A stretch of 64,000 bases of DNA from Bacillota bacterium (GTDB lineage Bacteria > Bacillota > UBA994): the NCBI GenBank assembly GCA_018333655.1, contig JAGXTJ010000055.1:169721-233720 (forward strand), in the 5' to 3' direction. The position numbers and the translations under genes were made by a program. The notes below the pieces were generated by a model. It had not been told where the DNA came from. It did no database searches and saw only the letters and a list, made by a program, of their open reading frames with translations. Positions 63,837-64,000 of the stretch are shown here, one piece after another. Every line of letters starts with the position of its first letter. Position 1 is the first letter of the stretch.

Positions 63837-64000
63837 AGGGAACATCACTCCTTTCTTCATGCCGGTATACAATTTATTATGATACGGGAATAAATCGCCC
63901 TCAAATACCCATATTTGCGCAGAAACACCCCTATTGTCCGAGCTCTTTCATGCCTGTATACACTTTTCTGCGTCTACTTTGCATCTCCTGCCGAATACCA

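Noticed and set aside
1-64000. CRISPR arrays, tRNA/rRNA genes, retron or DGR-type elements
   Set aside because: I saw no regularly spaced direct repeats with unique spacers, no cloverleaf-like or rRNA-like segments, and no reverse-transcriptase ORF while reading the sequence and the ORF track.

Overview
The window has three parts.

(1) Defence island, nt 1-22552. It carries five helicase genes and at least four nuclease folds.
- A giant SF1 helicase fused to a Vsr/DUF559-type endonuclease, open to the window edge.
- A tight, co-directional six-gene locus at 4794-19016: SNF2 helicase, DUF4391, beta-class N6A/N4C DNA methyltransferase, Type III Res helicase-nuclease, and two tandem diverged MrfA/YprA-like DEAD-box + DUF1998 helicases, each with an extra C-terminal zinc-ribbon module.
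- A convergent SF1 helicase-DUF2726 nuclease, preceded by a PD-(D/E)xK + wHTH (DUF2161-like) gene.

The six-gene locus is my main candidate for an undescribed system. It combines a complete Type III R-M pair with the parts list of class 1 DISARM (SNF2, adenine MTase, helicase, DUF1998). It lacks a PLD gene, and DUF1998 is fused to a helicase twice.

(2) Mosaic accessory region, about 22.5-53 kb.
- Triplicated orphan SMI1/KNR4 (SUKH) immunity genes inside differentially decayed segmental duplications.
- A recurring junction motif of about 23-35 nt at the breakpoints.
- An ImmA/IrrE-DUF4411 pair and an orphan AbiEi antitoxin whose AbiEii toxin gene is destroyed.
- Several pseudogenes.
- A hypB - Fe-S flavoprotein - hypA - membrane protein operon with no hydrogenase.
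- An IS481-like gene that appears to lack a catalytic Asp.
- A TetR-regulated ABC exporter pair, an NSS transporter and small enzymes.

(3) Core-metabolic operon on the minus strand, 53.1-63.9 kb: citDEF, an aconitase-family hydratase, tctCBA and citXGC.

I saw no rRNA, tRNA or CRISPR array. GGAGG-type Shine-Dalgarno sites and the anaerobe-type gene content suggest a Firmicutes-like host (inference only). All family calls rest on motifs read by eye from the translations, not on searches.
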